A stretch of 64,000 nucleotides of DNA, from the NCBI RefSeq assembly GCF_054482525.1, contig NZ_CM137006.1, one strand, 5' to 3'. Of the stretch, positions 14,574 through 29,508 are shown one piece after another (position 1 is the first letter of the stretch; each line of letters starts with the position of its first letter). The notes under the pieces were generated by a model, which searched no databases, was not told the DNA's origin, and saw nothing but the letters and a program-made list of their open reading frames with translations. Position numbers and translations under genes: made by a program.

Positions 14574-15722
14574 GTGTCTGACGAGAGCGACGACAAAACA
14601 GAAGCCCCCACACCTCACCGACTAGAAAAAGCGCGGGAAGAGGGGCAAATCCCGCGTTCCCGTGAACTGACTTCACTGCTGATTTTGCTGGTGGGCGTTA
14701 GTGTTATCTGGTTTGGCGGTGTGTCGCTGGCCCGTCGATTGTCGGGCATGCTCTCCGCGGGATTGCATTTTGATCACAGCATCATCAATGACCCGAATCT
14801 GATCCTCGGGCAAATTATTCTGCTGATCAGAGAAGCCATGCTGGCGCTGCTGCCGCTGATTAGCGGTGTGGTGCTGGTGGCGCTTATTTCTCCGGTGATG
14901 CTGGGAGGGCTGGTATTTAGCGGCAAATCCTTGCAGCCGAAGTTTTCCAAACTCAACCCGCTACCGGGCATTAAACGGATGTTCTCGGCACAGACTGGCG
15001 CGGAGTTGCTTAAGGCAATTTTGAAAACCATCCTGGTTGGCAGCGTGACGGGGTTTTTTCTCTGGCATCACTGGCCGCAGATGATGCGCTTAATGGCCGA
15101 GTCTCCGATTACCGCCATGGGTAATGCGATGGATCTGGTAGGGCTATGCGCGCTGCTGGTGGTGCTTGGTGTCATTCCAATGGTGGGATTTGACGTCTTT
15201 TTCCAAATCTTCAGCCACCTGAAAAAGCTGCGAATGTCGCGGCAGGATATTCGTGATGAGTTCAAACAAAGCGAAGGCGACCCTCATGTTAAAGGGCGGA
15301 TCCGTCAGATGCAGCGAGCTGCTGCACGGCGTCGGATGATGGCCGATGTGCCGAAAGCGGATGTCATTGTCAATAACCCGACCCACTATTCGGTAGCGTT
15401 GCAGTATGACGAAAACAAAATGAGCGCACCGAAAGTGGTCGCTAAAGGTGCAGGACTGGTCGCGCTGCGCATTCGTGAAATTGGCGCTGAAAATAACGTC
15501 CCGACGCTTGAAGCGCCGCCGCTGGCGCGTGCGCTGTATCGACATGCGGAGATCGGTCAACAAATCCCGGGTCAACTGTACGCCGCGGTGGCGGAAGTGC
15601 TGGCCTGGGTCTGGCAACTGAAACGCTGGCGTCTGGCCGGTGGACAGCGCCCTGTACAACCTACTCATCTTCCGGTGCCGGAAGCCCTGGATTTTATTAA
15701 CGAGAAACCGACCCATGAGTAA
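14574..15722 (+). CDS. flhB: flagellar export apparatus protein FlhB
   Basis: 382-aa ORF, GTG start, matches FlhB. Confidence 0.95.
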   Translation: MSDESDDKTEAPTPHRLEKAREEGQIPRSRELTSLLILLVGVSVIWFGGVSLARRLSGMLSAGLHFDHSIINDPNLILGQIILLIREAMLALLPLISGVVLVALISPVMLGGLVFSGKSLQPKFSKLNPLPGIKRMFSAQTGAELLKAILKTILVGSVTGFFLWHHWPQMMRLMAESPITAMGNAMDLVGLCALLVVLGVIPMVGFDVFFQIFSHLKKLRMSRQDIRDEFKQSEGDPHVKGRIRQMQRAAARRRMMADVPKADVIVNNPTHYSVALQYDENKMSAPKVVAKGAGLVALRIREIGAENNVPTLEAPPLARALYRHAEIGQQIPGQLYAAVAEVLAWVWQLKRWRLAGGQRPVQPTHLPVPEALDFINEKPTHE

Positions 15723-17793
15723 TCTGGCCGCGATGCTGCGCCTGCCCGCAAACCTGAAATCGACACAATGGCAGATCCTTGCCGGACCGATTTTGATCCT
15801 GCTGATCTTGTCGATGATGGTGCTGCCACTGCCCGCATTCATACTCGACCTGCTGTTTACCTTCAATATTGCCTTGTCGATCATGGTGTTGCTGGTGGCG
15901 ATGTTTACCCAGCGCACGCTTGAGTTTGCTGCGTTTCCGACGATTCTGTTGTTTACCACGTTGTTGCGTCTGGCACTTAATGTGGCTTCAACCCGTATCA
16001 TTTTGATGGAAGGGCATACCGGCGCGGCGGCGGCTGGAAAGGTGGTCGAAGCGTTCGGTCACTTCCTCGTTGGTGGCAATTTCGCTATCGGTATCGTGGT
16101 GTTTGTCATTCTCGTGATCATCAACTTTATGGTCATTACCAAAGGTGCCGGGCGTATCGCAGAAGTAGGTGCGCGCTTTGTTCTCGATGGTATGCCGGGT
16201 AAGCAGATGGCGATTGACGCCGACCTTAACGCCGGATTGATTGGTGAAGATGAGGCGAAAAAACGCCGCTCCGAAGTGACTCAGGAAGCCGACTTTTACG
16301 GCTCAATGGACGGGGCAAGTAAATTTGTTCGTGGTGATGCCATCGCCGGGATCCTCATCATGGTCATTAACGTTGTCGGCGGGTTGCTGGTCGGTGTGCT
16401 GCAACATGGCATGAGCATGGGACACGCGGCGGAAAGTTATACGCTATTGACCATTGGCGACGGTCTGGTGGCACAAATTCCGGCGCTGGTGATTTCTACC
16501 GCCGCCGGGGTCATCGTTACGCGTGTCAGCACCGATCAGGATGTTGGCGAGCAGATGGTGAATCAGCTTTTCAGTAACCCAAGCGTTATGTTGTTAAGCG
16601 CCGCCGTGCTCGGTTTACTCGGCCTGGTACCTGGAATGCCGAACCTGGTATTTTTGCTGTTCACTGCCGGATTGCTGGGGCTGGCCTGGTGGATCCGCGG
16701 ACGCGAACAAAAAGCGCCTGCCGAACCAAAACCGGTAAAAATGGCAGAGAATAATGCCGTTGTCGAAGCGACGTGGAACGATGTACAACTGGAAGATTCT
16801 CTGGGAATGGAAGTGGGTTATCGCCTGATCCCGATGGTCGATTTCCAGCAGGATGGTGAGTTGCTGGGCCGTATACGCAGTATTCGCAAGAAATTTGCCC
16901 AGGAGATGGGGTTTCTGCCGCCGGTGGTGCACATTCGCGACAATATGGATCTGCAACCTGCCCGCTATCGCATTTTGATGAAAGGCGTGGAGATAGGCAG
17001 TGGTGATGCTTATCCGGGGCGTTGGTTGGCGATTAACCCTGGTACCGCTGCCGGGACGTTACCTGGTGAGGCGACCGTCGATCCGGCATTTGGCCTGAAT
17101 GCTATCTGGATTGAAAGTGCGCTTAAAGAACAGGCGCAGATTCAGGGGTACACCGTGGTTGAGGCCAGCACGGTGGTGGCAACGCATCTTAACCACCTCA
17201 TTAGCCAGCATGCCGCAGAGCTGTTTGGTCGTCAGGAGGCGCAACAGTTGCTGGATCGCGTCGCCCAGGAGATGCCAAAGCTGACGGAAGATCTCGTTCC
17301 TGGCGTCGTCACGCTCACCACACTGCATAAAGTGCTGCAAAATCTGCTCGATGAAAAAGTGCCGATTCGCGATATGCGCACCATTCTCGAAACGCTGGCG
17401 GAACATGCGCCCATTCAGAGCGATCCACATGAATTAACCGCCGTCGTGCGCGTGGCGTTGGGACGGGCGATTACCCAGCAGTGGTTTCCTGGCAAAGATG
17501 AAGTCCATGTTATTGGCCTTGATACGCCGCTGGAACGTTTGTTACTACAGGCGTTGCAGGGTGGGGGCGGACTGGAGCCAGGGCTGGCGGATCGTTTGCT
17601 GGCGCAAACTCAGGAAGCGCTATCCCGTCAGGAGATGTTGGGTGCGCCGCCAGTATTGTTGGTGAACCACGCGCTGCGACCATTATTGTCTCGTTTCCTG
17701 CGCCGCAGCTTGCCGCAGTTAGTGGTGCTGTCGAATCTGGAACTATCTGATAACCGACATATCCGCATGACGGCGACAATTGGCGGTAAATGA
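15715..17793 (+). CDS. flhA: flagellar export apparatus protein FlhA
   Basis: ORF 15640..17793; the FlhA N-terminus MSNLAAMLRLPANLK starts at ATG 15715 (692 aa), overlapping the flhB stop by 8 bp. Confidence 0.93.
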   Translation: MSNLAAMLRLPANLKSTQWQILAGPILILLILSMMVLPLPAFILDLLFTFNIALSIMVLLVAMFTQRTLEFAAFPTILLFTTLLRLALNVASTRIILMEGHTGAAAAGKVVEAFGHFLVGGNFAIGIVVFVILVIINFMVITKGAGRIAEVGARFVLDGMPGKQMAIDADLNAGLIGEDEAKKRRSEVTQEADFYGSMDGASKFVRGDAIAGILIMVINVVGGLLVGVLQHGMSMGHAAESYTLLTIGDGLVAQIPALVISTAAGVIVTRVSTDQDVGEQMVNQLFSNPSVMLLSAAVLGLLGLVPGMPNLVFLLFTAGLLGLAWWIRGREQKAPAEPKPVKMAENNAVVEATWNDVQLEDSLGMEVGYRLIPMVDFQQDGELLGRIRSIRKKFAQEMGFLPPVVHIRDNMDLQPARYRILMKGVEIGSGDAYPGRWLAINPGTAAGTLPGEATVDPAFGLNAIWIESALKEQAQIQGYTVVEASTVVATHLNHLISQHAAELFGRQEAQQLLDRVAQEMPKLTEDLVPGVVTLTTLHKVLQNLLDEKVPIRDMRTILETLAEHAPIQSDPHELTAVVRVALGRAITQQWFPGKDEVHVIGLDTPLERLLLQALQGGGGLEPGLADRLLAQTQEALSRQEMLGAPPVLLVNHALRPLLSRFLRRSLPQLVVLSNLELSDNRHIRMTATIGGK

Positions 17794-18185
17794 TGAGAAC
17801 CTTATTAGCAATATTATTGTTTCCGCTGCTGGTGCAAGCCGCCGGGGAGGGGATGTGGCAGGCGAGTAGTGTGGGCGTTACGCTGAATCACCGTGGTGAG
17901 TCGATGTCGTCAGCGCCTCTTTCTACGCGACAACCTGCTGCAGGATTGATGACGCTGGTGGCGTGGCGTTATCAGCTTATCGGCCCGACACCTGCAGGAC
18001 TGCGGGTTCGCTTGTGTTCACAATCTCGTTGTGTCGAATTAGAAGGGCAGAGTGGAAACACCGTGGCCTTTTCCGGTATACCGGCGATAGAACCGTTGCG
18101 ATTTATCTGGGAAGTGCCTGGCGGTGGGCGGTTAATTCCGCCGCTAAAGGTACAACGGAATGAAGTGATTGTGAATTATCGTTAA
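17793..18185 (+). CDS. flhE: flagellar protein FlhE
   Basis: 130-aa ORF with signal peptide; start overlaps the flhA stop (TGATG). Confidence 0.9.
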   Translation: MRTLLAILLFPLLVQAAGEGMWQASSVGVTLNHRGESMSSAPLSTRQPAAGLMTLVAWRYQLIGPTPAGLRVRLCSQSRCVELEGQSGNTVAFSGIPAIEPLRFIWEVPGGGRLIPPLKVQRNEVIVNYR

Positions 18186-18189
18186 TGAT

Positions 18190-18223
18190 AAAAAAGCCGA
18201 TGTCTGCCATGACATCGGCTTTT
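18190..18223. terminator. bidirectional rho-independent terminator between convergent flhE and argS
   Basis: stem GCCGATGTC/GACATCGGC flanked by an A-run on one side and a T-run on the other. Confidence 0.6.
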
Positions 18224-18237
18224 GCCGTATAACGCGA

Positions 18238-19971
18238 TTACATACGCTCTACTGTCTCAATACCCAGCGTATCCAGACCCAGTTTCAGCGTCTTCGCCGT
18301 CAGTTGTGCCAGTTTCAGACGGCTGTTACGCACTTCTTCGTTTTCTGCGCTGAGGATCGGGCAGTGCTCGTAGAAGCCAGAGAACAGACCAGCCAGATCG
18401 TACAGGTAAGCACACATCACATGCGGTGTGCCTTCACGGGCAACCACGGTGAGGGTTTCTTCAAACTGCAGCAGGCGAGCTGCCAGTTGCGCTTCACGAT
18501 CTTCACGGATGATTACCGGAGCTGCAGCCAGTTGCTCTTCGTTAATTTCTGCTTTACGGAACACGGACAATACACGCGTGTAAGCATACTGCATGTATGG
18601 CGCGGTATTACCCTCAAACGCCAGCATGTTGTCCCAGTCGAAGATGTAGTCGGTAGTGCGGTTTTTGGAGAGATCCGCATATTTCACCGCACCAATACCA
18701 ACCGCGTTAGCCAGTTTTTCCAGCTCGTCAGCTGGCATGTCCGGGTTTTTCTCTGCCACCAGACGGCGTGCGCGTTCCAGGGCTTCATCCAGCAGATCGG
18801 CCAGTTTCACTGTACCGCCCGCGCGGGTTTTGAACGGTTTGCCGTCTTTACCCAGCATCATGCCGAACATGTGGTGTTCCAGCGGTACGGATTCCGGTAC
18901 ATAGCCTGCTTTGCGGACGATCGCCCACGCCTGCATCAGGTGTTGATGCTGACGGGAGTCGATGTAATACAGCACGCGATCGGCATGCAGTGTTTCATAA
19001 CGATATTTCGCACAGGCGATATCAGTGGTGGTGTAGAGATAGCCACCATCTTTCTTCTGAATGATCACGCCCATCGGTTCGCCTTCCTTGTTTTTGAACT
19101 CATCAAGGAATACGACGGTCGCGCCTTCGCTTTCTACTGCGAGACCTTTGGCTTTGAGATCTGCCACGATACCCGGCAGCATCGGGTTATAGAGGCTTTC
19201 GCCCATCACGTCATCACGGGTCAGCGTCACGTTGAGACGATCGTAGGTGATCTGGTTCTGCGTCATGGTGATGTCGACCAGTTTGCGCCACATCTCGCGG
19301 AAATATTCGTCACCGCTTTGCAGTTTTACCACGTAGTTACGTGCACGCTCGGCAAACTCTTCATCTTCATCGTAATGCTTTTTCGCATCGCGGTAGAAAC
19401 CTTCAAGGTCAGCCAGCTCCATTTCACCGGCGTTTTCCTGCTGCTGCTTTTCCAGCCATGCAATCAGCATACCGAACTGAGTGCCCCAGTCGCCGACGTG
19501 GTTTGCGCGAATCACTTTGTGACCGAGGAACTCCAGAGTACGAACTGCTGCGTCACCAATAATGGTAGAGCGCAGGTGACCAACGTGCATCTCTTTCGCC
19601 ACGTTTGGTGCAGAGTAGTCAACCACAATGGTCTGTTTTTCTGGCGTAGCAACACCGAGACGATCGGACGCCAGCGCCTGCTGAACATGTTCAGCCAGGA
19701 ATGCCGGATCAAGGAAAATGTTGATAAAGCCAGGACCCGCGATCTCAACTTTGCTGGCGATACCGTTAAGATCCAGATGAGTCAGCACCTGCTCTGCTAA
19801 TTGTCGCGGTGCCATACCCAGTTTTTTAGCAACTGCCATCATGCCGTTAGCCTGATAGTCGCCGAACTGAACTTTTGCTGACTGACGAACCTGCGGTTCG
19901 CAATCCGCAGGCGCGCCTGCCGCAATCATGGCCTGACGGACTTTTTCTGAGAGAAGAGCCTGAATATTCAC
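18238..19971 (-). CDS. argS: arginine--tRNA ligase
   Basis: 577-aa ORF matching ArgRS, including the HVGH motif. Confidence 0.96.
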
Positions 19972-20186
19972 CGGAATACCTTACATTGATGAAGCGAGCA
20001 AAAATTGCCCGCACCAGTTAAAGAAATTAGGGCGGGAGTATACTGCAAATGGCTGTTTTCGTCAGCAACGTGCGCGTGGCGTATTGCCGTTTTCACTATT
20101 GCATCAGAAGCGGCGTGAAATCAGCGGTTGGTTGGCGCAGGGCAACAGGGTAAATTAACGCTTTTACTGAAAGACGAAGAGTGATT

Positions 20187-20753
20187 ATGGCGAACTGGCA
20201 ATCTATCGACGAGCTGCAGGATATTGCATCGGATTTACCGCGATTTACCCACGCATTAGATGAACTTTCCCGCCGTCTGGGGTTGGATATCACTCCGCTG
20301 ACTGCCGATCACATTTCTTTGCGTTGCCATCAAAACGCCACTGCTGAGCGCTGGCGTCGCGGGTTTGAACAGTGCGGCGAGCTTTTGTCAGAAAATATGA
20401 TCAATGGCAGGCCGATTTGTCTGTTTAAATTGCATGAACCGGTACAGGTTGCGCACTGGCAGTTTTCCATTGTGGAGCTACCGTGGCCCGGGGAAAAACG
20501 TTACCCGCACGAAGGTTGGGAACATATTGAAATCGTTCTGCCGGGTGATCCAGAAACGCTGAATGCCCGTGCGCTGGCATTGCTTTCTGATGAAGGACTC
20601 AGCCTGCCGGGGATCTCAGTTAAAACCAGTTCGCCAAAAGGTGAGCATGAGCGATTACCGAATCCGACGCTGGCGGTCACCGATGGCAAAACGACCATTA
20701 AATTTCATCCGTGGTCCATTGAAGAGATCGTTGCCAGCGAGCAGTCGGCGTAA
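20187..20753 (+). CDS. yecM: YecM, conserved metal-binding protein of unknown function
   Basis: ORF 20181..20753; ATG at 20187 gives the 188-aa MANWQSIDELQD form. Confidence 0.85.
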   Translation: MANWQSIDELQDIASDLPRFTHALDELSRRLGLDITPLTADHISLRCHQNATAERWRRGFEQCGELLSENMINGRPICLFKLHEPVQVAHWQFSIVELPWPGEKRYPHEGWEHIEIVLPGDPETLNARALALLSDEGLSLPGISVKTSSPKGEHERLPNPTLAVTDGKTTIKFHPWSIEEIVASEQSA

Positions 20754-20757
20754 TTGA

Positions 20758-21513
<756 letters not shown>

Positions 21514-21559
21514 TTTTTACCGTTGCATCATGTCGCCCAATATGATGCTTGCTCGTACC

Positions 21560-21592
21560 AGGCCCCTGCAATTTCAACAGGGGCCTTTTTTT
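21560..21592 (+). terminator. rho-independent terminator after cutC
   Basis: stem AGGCCCCTG/CAGGGGCCT followed by T7. Confidence 0.65.
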
Positions 21593-21898
21593 ATCCCTGA
21601 ATAGTATAAAAAATGAACGATTATCGCGATCTGTTGAGCGGGTGACAGTGCACATAGCGTTGTGCTAAAAATTTTTATATATTCATATTAATTATGTAAT
21701 TTAAATTACTAAAACTGACAAATATGTATTCTAAATAACAACTGGGTTATTCCTTAGCAATTAATGATTACATTGTAATAAATCATATTCTTTATCGATT
21801 ATTTCAGGCAGTGTTGTGCCGAATTATGCAAGCGGTCAATTCGTTGTGTATTTAATTATACAATGATTTCGGTGTTCTGGAATTAATTAGAGGAATCT

Positions 21899-22999
21899 AT
21901 GCGAGGGAAAAAACGCATTGGGTTAATGTTTTTGCTGATAGCGGTTGTGGTTGGTGGCGGCGGGTTATTGCTGGCGCAAAAAGCCTTACATAAAACGTCG
22001 GATACCGCATTTTGCCTTTCCTGCCACTCGATGAGTAAACCTTTTGAGGAATATCAGGGAACTGTCCACTTTTCGAACCAGAAAGGGATACGTGCGGAAT
22101 GTGCCGATTGCCATATTCCAAAGTCAGGGATGGATTATTTATTTGCTAAATTAAAAGCATCTAAAGATATTTATCATGAATTTGTTAGCGGCAAAATAGA
22201 CAGTGACGATAAGTTCGAAGCGCATCGCCAGGAAATGGCCGAAACAGTATGGAAAGAATTAAAAGCCACTGACTCTGCAACGTGCCGTAGTTGCCATTCT
22301 TTTGATGCCATGGATATTGCCTCGCAAAGTGAATCTGCGCAGAAAATGCATAACAAAGCGCAAAAGGACGGCGAAACCTGCATCGATTGTCATAAAGGCA
22401 TTGCCCATTTTCCACCAGAAATAAAAATGGATGACAACGCGGCGCATGAGCTGGAAAGTCAGGCCGCTACTTCAGTTACCAATGGCGCACATATTTATCC
22501 TTTCAAACCTTCTCGTATAGGCGAACTGGCTACCGTGAATCCTGGTACCGATCTCATCGTCGTTGATGCCAGTGGCAAACAGCCGATCGTTCTGTTGCAG
22601 GGGTATCAAATGCAGGGCAGTGAAAACACGCTCTACCTGGCGGCAGGTCAACGGCTGGCGCTAGCCACATTAAGTGATGAAGGTATCAAGGCGCTGACGG
22701 TAAACGGGGAATGGCAGGCTGACGAATACGGCAATCAATGGCGTCAGGCGTCTTTACAGGGTGTGCTTACCGATCCCGCATTAGCGGACCGTAAACCGCT
22801 ATGGCAATACGCTGAAAAACTTGACGATACCTATTGCGCTGGTTGCCATGCCCCTATTGCCTCCGACCATTACACCGTCAATGCATGGCCGTCCATTGCC
22901 AAAGGAATGGGTGCGCGAACCAGCATGAGCGAAAACGAACTGGACATTTTGACGCGGTACTTCCAGTACAACGCCAAAGATATTACCGAGAAACAGTGA
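21899..22999 (+). CDS. torY: membrane-anchored pentahaem c-type cytochrome TorY (NapC/NirT family)
   Basis: 366-aa ORF with multiple CxxCH haem-binding motifs. Confidence 0.92.
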   Translation: MRGKKRIGLMFLLIAVVVGGGGLLLAQKALHKTSDTAFCLSCHSMSKPFEEYQGTVHFSNQKGIRAECADCHIPKSGMDYLFAKLKASKDIYHEFVSGKIDSDDKFEAHRQEMAETVWKELKATDSATCRSCHSFDAMDIASQSESAQKMHNKAQKDGETCIDCHKGIAHFPPEIKMDDNAAHELESQAATSVTNGAHIYPFKPSRIGELATVNPGTDLIVVDASGKQPIVLLQGYQMQGSENTLYLAAGQRLALATLSDEGIKALTVNGEWQADEYGNQWRQASLQGVLTDPALADRKPLWQYAEKLDDTYCAGCHAPIASDHYTVNAWPSIAKGMGARTSMSENELDILTRYFQYNAKDITEKQ

Positions 23000-23023
23000 T
23001 CCTCGTTGATCAGGGAGGAAGTT

Positions 23024-25453
23024 ATGACATTAACAAGACGTGAATTTATTAAACACAGCGGTATTGCCGCTGGGGCGCTGGTGGTGACATCGGCTGCACC
23101 GCTACCCGCATGGGCAGAAGAGAAGGGTGGCAAAATCCTCACCGCGGGCCGTTGGGGAGCGATGAACGTAGAAGTGAAGGATGGCAAGATTGTTTCTTCG
23201 ACAGGCGCGTTGGCGAAAACCATACCGAACTCCTTACAGTCTACGGCGGCGGATCAGGTACACACCACGGCGCGTATTCAGCATCCGATGGTGAGAAAAA
23301 GCTATCTCGATAATCCACTGCAACCGGCGAAAGGTCGTGGCGAAGATACCTATGTACAGGTGAGCTGGGAACAAGCATTAAAACTGATTCATGAGCAACA
23401 CGATCGTATTCGTAAAGCTAACGGACCATCGGCCATTTTTGCCGGATCTTACGGCTGGCGCTCTTCTGGCGTGTTGCATAAAGCGCAAACCTTACTGCAA
23501 CGTTATATGAACCTTGCGGGCGGTTATTCCGGGCATAGCGGCGATTATTCAACCGGGGCGGCACAGGTGATCATGCCGCATGTGGTGGGTTCCGTGGAGG
23601 TGTATGAACAGCAGACCTCCTGGCCGCTGATTCTGGAAAACAGCCAGGTGGTGGTGCTGTGGGGGATGAACCCGCTGAATACCTTAAAAATTGCCTGGAG
23701 CAGTACCGATGAGCAAGGGCTGGAATACTTCCATCAGCTGAAAAAATCTGGCAAACCAGTGATTGCCATTGATCCTATCCGCTCCGAAACTATCGAATTC
23801 TTTGGCGATAATGCCACCTGGATCGCGCCGAATATGGGCACCGACGTGGCACTGATGTTAGGGATCGCGCATACCCTGATGACACAAGGCAAACACGATA
23901 AAGTGTTCCTTGAAAAATACACTACCGGATATCCGCAGTTTGAAGAGTATCTGACAGGTAAGAGCGATAATACCCCGAAGAGCGCGGCCTGGGCGGCGGA
24001 AATTACTGGCGTACCGGAAGCGCAGATAATCAAACTCGCTGAACTGATGGCGGCGAATCGCACAATGCTGATGGCTGGCTGGGGAATTCAGCGCCAGCAA
24101 TATGGTGAACAGAAACACTGGATGCTGGTGACGCTGGCGGCGATGTTAGGGCAGATTGGTACACCGGGCGGCGGTTTTGGTTTCTCTTATCATTACTCCA
24201 ATGGTGGCAACCCGACGCGTGTTGGCGGCGTGCTGCCGGAAATGTCTGCGGCGATTGCCGGACAGGCCAGCGAGGCCGCTGATGATGGCGGAATGACGGC
24301 GATTCCTGTTGCCCGTATCGTCGATGCGCTGGAAAATCCTGGCGGAAAATATCAGCATAACGGTAAAGAACAAACGTATCCGAATATCAAAATGATCTGG
24401 TGGGCGGGTGGCGGTAACTTTACCCATCACCAGGATACTAATCGTCTGATCAAAGCCTGGCAGAAACCGGAGATGATCGTCGTTTCTGAATGCTACTGGA
24501 CCGCAGCTGCTAAACATGCAGATATCGTATTACCGATCACCACATCGTTTGAGCGCAATGACTTAACGATGACCGGTGATTACAGCAACCAGCATATTGT
24601 GCCGATGAAGCAGGCTGTCGCTCCGCAATTTGAAGCGCGTAACGATTTTGACGTGTTTGCCGATCTTGCTGAATTACTGAAACCTGGCGGAAAAGAGATC
24701 TATACCGAAGGTAAAGATGAGATGGCGTGGCTGAAATTTTTCTATGATGCCGCTCAGAAAGGTGCCCGTGCGCAACGCGTGACTATGCCGATGTTTAATG
24801 CCTTCTGGCAGCAAAATAAACTGATCGAAATGCGCCGCAGCGAGAAGAACGAACAGTACGTTCGTTATGGTGATTTCCGCGCCGATCCGGTGAAAAATGC
24901 GCTGGGTACGCCAAGCGGCAAAATTGAGATTTACTCCAAAACGCTGGAAAAATTTGGCTATAAGGATTGCCCGGCACACCCAACCTGGCTTGCGCCTGAT
25001 GAGTGGAAGGGTACCGCCGACGAGAAGCAGTTGCAGCTTCTGACCGCACATCCGGCACATCGTTTACACAGTCAGCTTAACTATGCGGAACTGCGTAAAA
25101 AATATGCGGTTGCCGATCGTGAACCGATCACTATTCACACCGAAGATGCTGCTCGCTTTGGTATTGCGAATGGCGATCTGGTGCGTGTCTGGAACAAACG
25201 TGGTCAGATTCTGACAGGCGCGGTGGTGACTGACGGGATCAAAAAAGGCGTGGTATGCGTGCATGAAGGTGCATGGCCAGATCTGGAAAATGGCTTGTGT
25301 AAAAACGGCAGTGCGAACGTGTTAACGGCGGATATCCCCAGCTCTCAGCTGGCAAATGCCTGTGCCGGTAACTCTGCGCTGGTGTATATCGAAAAATATA
25401 CGGGCAATGCACCGAAGTTAACGGCGTTTGATCAGCCAGCTGTTCAGGCATAA
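23024..25453 (+). CDS. torZ: trimethylamine-N-oxide / biotin sulfoxide reductase TorZ (molybdoenzyme)
   Basis: ORF 23006..25453; ATG at 23024 gives 809 aa starting [10 protein letters not shown], a twin-arginine (Tat) signal. Confidence 0.93.
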   Translation: MTLTRREFIKHSGIAAGALVVTSAAPLPAWAEEKGGKILTAGRWGAMNVEVKDGKIVSSTGALAKTIPNSLQSTAADQVHTTARIQHPMVRKSYLDNPLQPAKGRGEDTYVQVSWEQALKLIHEQHDRIRKANGPSAIFAGSYGWRSSGVLHKAQTLLQRYMNLAGGYSGHSGDYSTGAAQVIMPHVVGSVEVYEQQTSWPLILENSQVVVLWGMNPLNTLKIAWSSTDEQGLEYFHQLKKSGKPVIAIDPIRSETIEFFGDNATWIAPNMGTDVALMLGIAHTLMTQGKHDKVFLEKYTTGYPQFEEYLTGKSDNTPKSAAWAAEITGVPEAQIIKLAELMAANRTMLMAGWGIQRQQYGEQKHWMLVTLAAMLGQIGTPGGGFGFSYHYSNGGNPTRVGGVLPEMSAAIAGQASEAADDGGMTAIPVARIVDALENPGGKYQHNGKEQTYPNIKMIWWAGGGNFTHHQDTNRLIKAWQKPEMIVVSECYWTAAAKHADIVLPITTSFERNDLTMTGDYSNQHIVPMKQAVAPQFEARNDFDVFADLAELLKPGGKEIYTEGKDEMAWLKFFYDAAQKGARAQRVTMPMFNAFWQQNKLIEMRRSEKNEQYVRYGDFRADPVKNALGTPSGKIEIYSKTLEKFGYKDCPAHPTWLAPDEWKGTADEKQLQLLTAHPAHRLHSQLNYAELRKKYAVADREPITIHTEDAARFGIANGDLVRVWNKRGQILTGAVVTDGIKKGVVCVHEGAWPDLENGLCKNGSANVLTADIPSSQLANACAGNSALVYIEKYTGNAPKLTAFDQPAVQA

Positions 25454-25499
25454 GACGTGAAAAGCGCCCGGAAACAGGCGCTGAGGTTATGCAAACGTA

Positions 25500-25610
25500 A
25501 AACTGCCTGATGCGCTATGCTTATCAGACCTACATAGTCCCTGCAACATATTGAATTAAAAAGGCTTTGCAGGCCGGATAAGGCGTTCACGCCGCATCCG
25601 GCAGTAATAC
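25500..25610. repeat. REP/BIME palindromic elements between torZ and cmoB
   Basis: GCCTGATGCGCTATGCTTATCAGACCTAC and GGCCGGATAAGGCGTTCACGCCGCATCCGGCAG match the REP consensus. Confidence 0.65.
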
Positions 25611-25617
25611 CAGACCT

Positions 25618-27765
<2,148 letters not shown>

Positions 27766-27817
27766 ACAAACTCCCTTTAAAATGGCCGATGGCACCTGTC
27801 TATGATAGGTGGCAAAT

Positions 27818-28636
27818 TCAGAAAAGAGAAGATTGCTGTGGAATAGCCGGAACTGCTCCGATCTCTGGAAGCGTTTTACGTAAGTCTTCCCACAGGGTAT
27901 GTACCAGTTCCGGGGCCTGGGCAATATCTGGCGTATGTAAAAAAAGATAAGGCGTAGTGGTCTGATGCCACTGCGCTAATTTTTGTAACCAGACCTGAAA
28001 TAATTCCCGGTTTTGCGTCATATCATCACTACCGATAAAACGGATCAGCGGATTTGTCGCCGTCAGTACAGCATGTACCGGAACCTTAGGTTTTTTTCGT
28101 TGAGCGTCGCGAATAGCTTCACTGTGTGGACGTGCTGCATGAACCGGGCGGCTGTCTAAAATCACCCGATTAACGCCGCGCTGATGTAAACCGCGATTAA
28201 GTGTTTGTTCCTCTTCCCCTTTGGCGAAAAACTGTGGATGGCGAACTTCCACACCATAATTAAACTCGCCGGGAAGAGAGTCGAGAAAATGCCAAAGCGC
28301 AGGCAGATCCCGTGGGCCAAATGTGGCAGGCAGTTGCAGCCAGTATTGCCCAATGCGCGGCGCTAACGGTGACATGCGGGTCAAAAATTCAGTCACTAAA
28401 TCATCGCAATGCCGTAATGCTGCCTGATGCGAAATGGTCGCCGGAAACTTAAAACAGAAGCGAAAATTATCTGTGGTCTGCTCACGCCAGCGCAGGACAA
28501 CCTCGAGTTTGGGCAGGGCGTATAGCGTGGTGTTGCCCTCCACACAGTTAAAGTGGCGGGCATACTCTTCAAGGCTGGTGATCCCCAACCGCACCCATTT
28601 AGGATGCGACCATTGCGGCAGACCGATGTAAATCAT
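27818..28636 (-). CDS. yecE: DUF72 family protein YecE
   Basis: 272-aa ORF matching YecE. Confidence 0.88.
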   Translation of the reverse strand: MIYIGLPQWSHPKWVRLGITSLEEYARHFNCVEGNTTLYALPKLEVVLRWREQTTDNFRFCFKFPATISHQAALRHCDDLVTEFLTRMSPLAPRIGQYWLQLPATFGPRDLPALWHFLDSLPGEFNYGVEVRHPQFFAKGEEEQTLNRGLHQRGVNRVILDSRPVHAARPHSEAIRDAQRKKPKVPVHAVLTATNPLIRFIGSDDMTQNRELFQVWLQKLAQWHQTTTPYLFLHTPDIAQAPELVHTLWEDLRKTLPEIGAVPAIPQQSSLF

Positions 28637-29199
28637 AATGCGTTGAGGATCTCTTCCACACTGCGCACACGGGCGATGCGTGGGTAGATATGGTTGATGC
28701 TGTTATTGTGCTGCTCGGCGCTGGCGGCGCTACAGGCATCTTCGGCAATCACCAGATTAAAACCGAGTTCCCAGGCATTGCGGGCGGTGGATTCAACACC
28801 GATATTGGTCGAGATCCCACATAATACTATTGTATCGATACCCCGGCGGCGTAATTGCAACTCCAGATCTGTACCGTAAAACGCACCCCACTGACGTTTG
28901 ATGATTTCGATATCACTGTCAGTTGCACCTAATGCAGCAGGATGTTGCCACCAGTTTTCGGGTAACACTTTAGCGGGGGAGGGGACATCAACCGGCTGTT
29001 TTAATGCTTCGGCATAATCGGCAGACCAGCCAACGCGCACCAGAAACACGGGCTGACCGCTCGCGCGAAATTTCGCCGCCAGCTTCCCGGCGCGATTAAC
29101 CACCTCATCGGCAGTATGTGGACCTCCGGCAAAAGGTAAGATGCCTTCTTGTAAATCAATCACCACCAGCGCAGTGGTTTTAGCATTAAGTTCAAGCAT
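28633..29199 (-). CDS. yecD: isochorismatase-family hydrolase YecD
   Basis: ORF 28633..29214; the internal ATG gives the 188-aa [17 protein letters not shown] form. Confidence 0.85.
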   Translation of the reverse strand: MLELNAKTTALVVIDLQEGILPFAGGPHTADEVVNRAGKLAAKFRASGQPVFLVRVGWSADYAEALKQPVDVPSPAKVLPENWWQHPAALGATDSDIEIIKRQWGAFYGTDLELQLRRRGIDTIVLCGISTNIGVESTARNAWELGFNLVIAEDACSAASAEQHNNSINHIYPRIARVRSVEEILNAL

Positions 29200-29508
29200 G
29201 ATGACTCCTGACAAAACAAAATCGTGCCTCTCACCTTAATGCGATTAGCCGATGGCGGAACGACAAATTTTGTTAATTTTTATGAGTTCGGGCAACACCT
29301 TTATAGCAAACTGGCGTAGAGTCTGATTTCAGGCCCGATATAAAGTGGTAACGAGGCGTTCCAGCGCGGGCCAGGCTCTTACGGTGCGGCAGAATTTCCA
29401 GTATAATAGCCGCCTTTTTTCATTCAGTTGTGACATACAGCTAACGCTGCGACTTGGTCACCTGCGCAGCAGGGGGCATCCGCCGGCAGCTAAGTTAAGG
29501 GATATCTC

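Noticed and set aside
15144-16001. 285-aa minus-strand ORF spanning the flhB-flhA junction
   Set aside because: Antisense to two well-supported flagellar genes; no ribosome-binding site or known homologue.
18304-19800. 498-aa ORF on the plus strand entirely inside argS (opposite strand)
   Set aside because: argS on the minus strand has a confident match to arginyl-tRNA synthetase; the antisense ORF has a low-complexity His/Phe/Cys-rich translation, typical of a shadow ORF.
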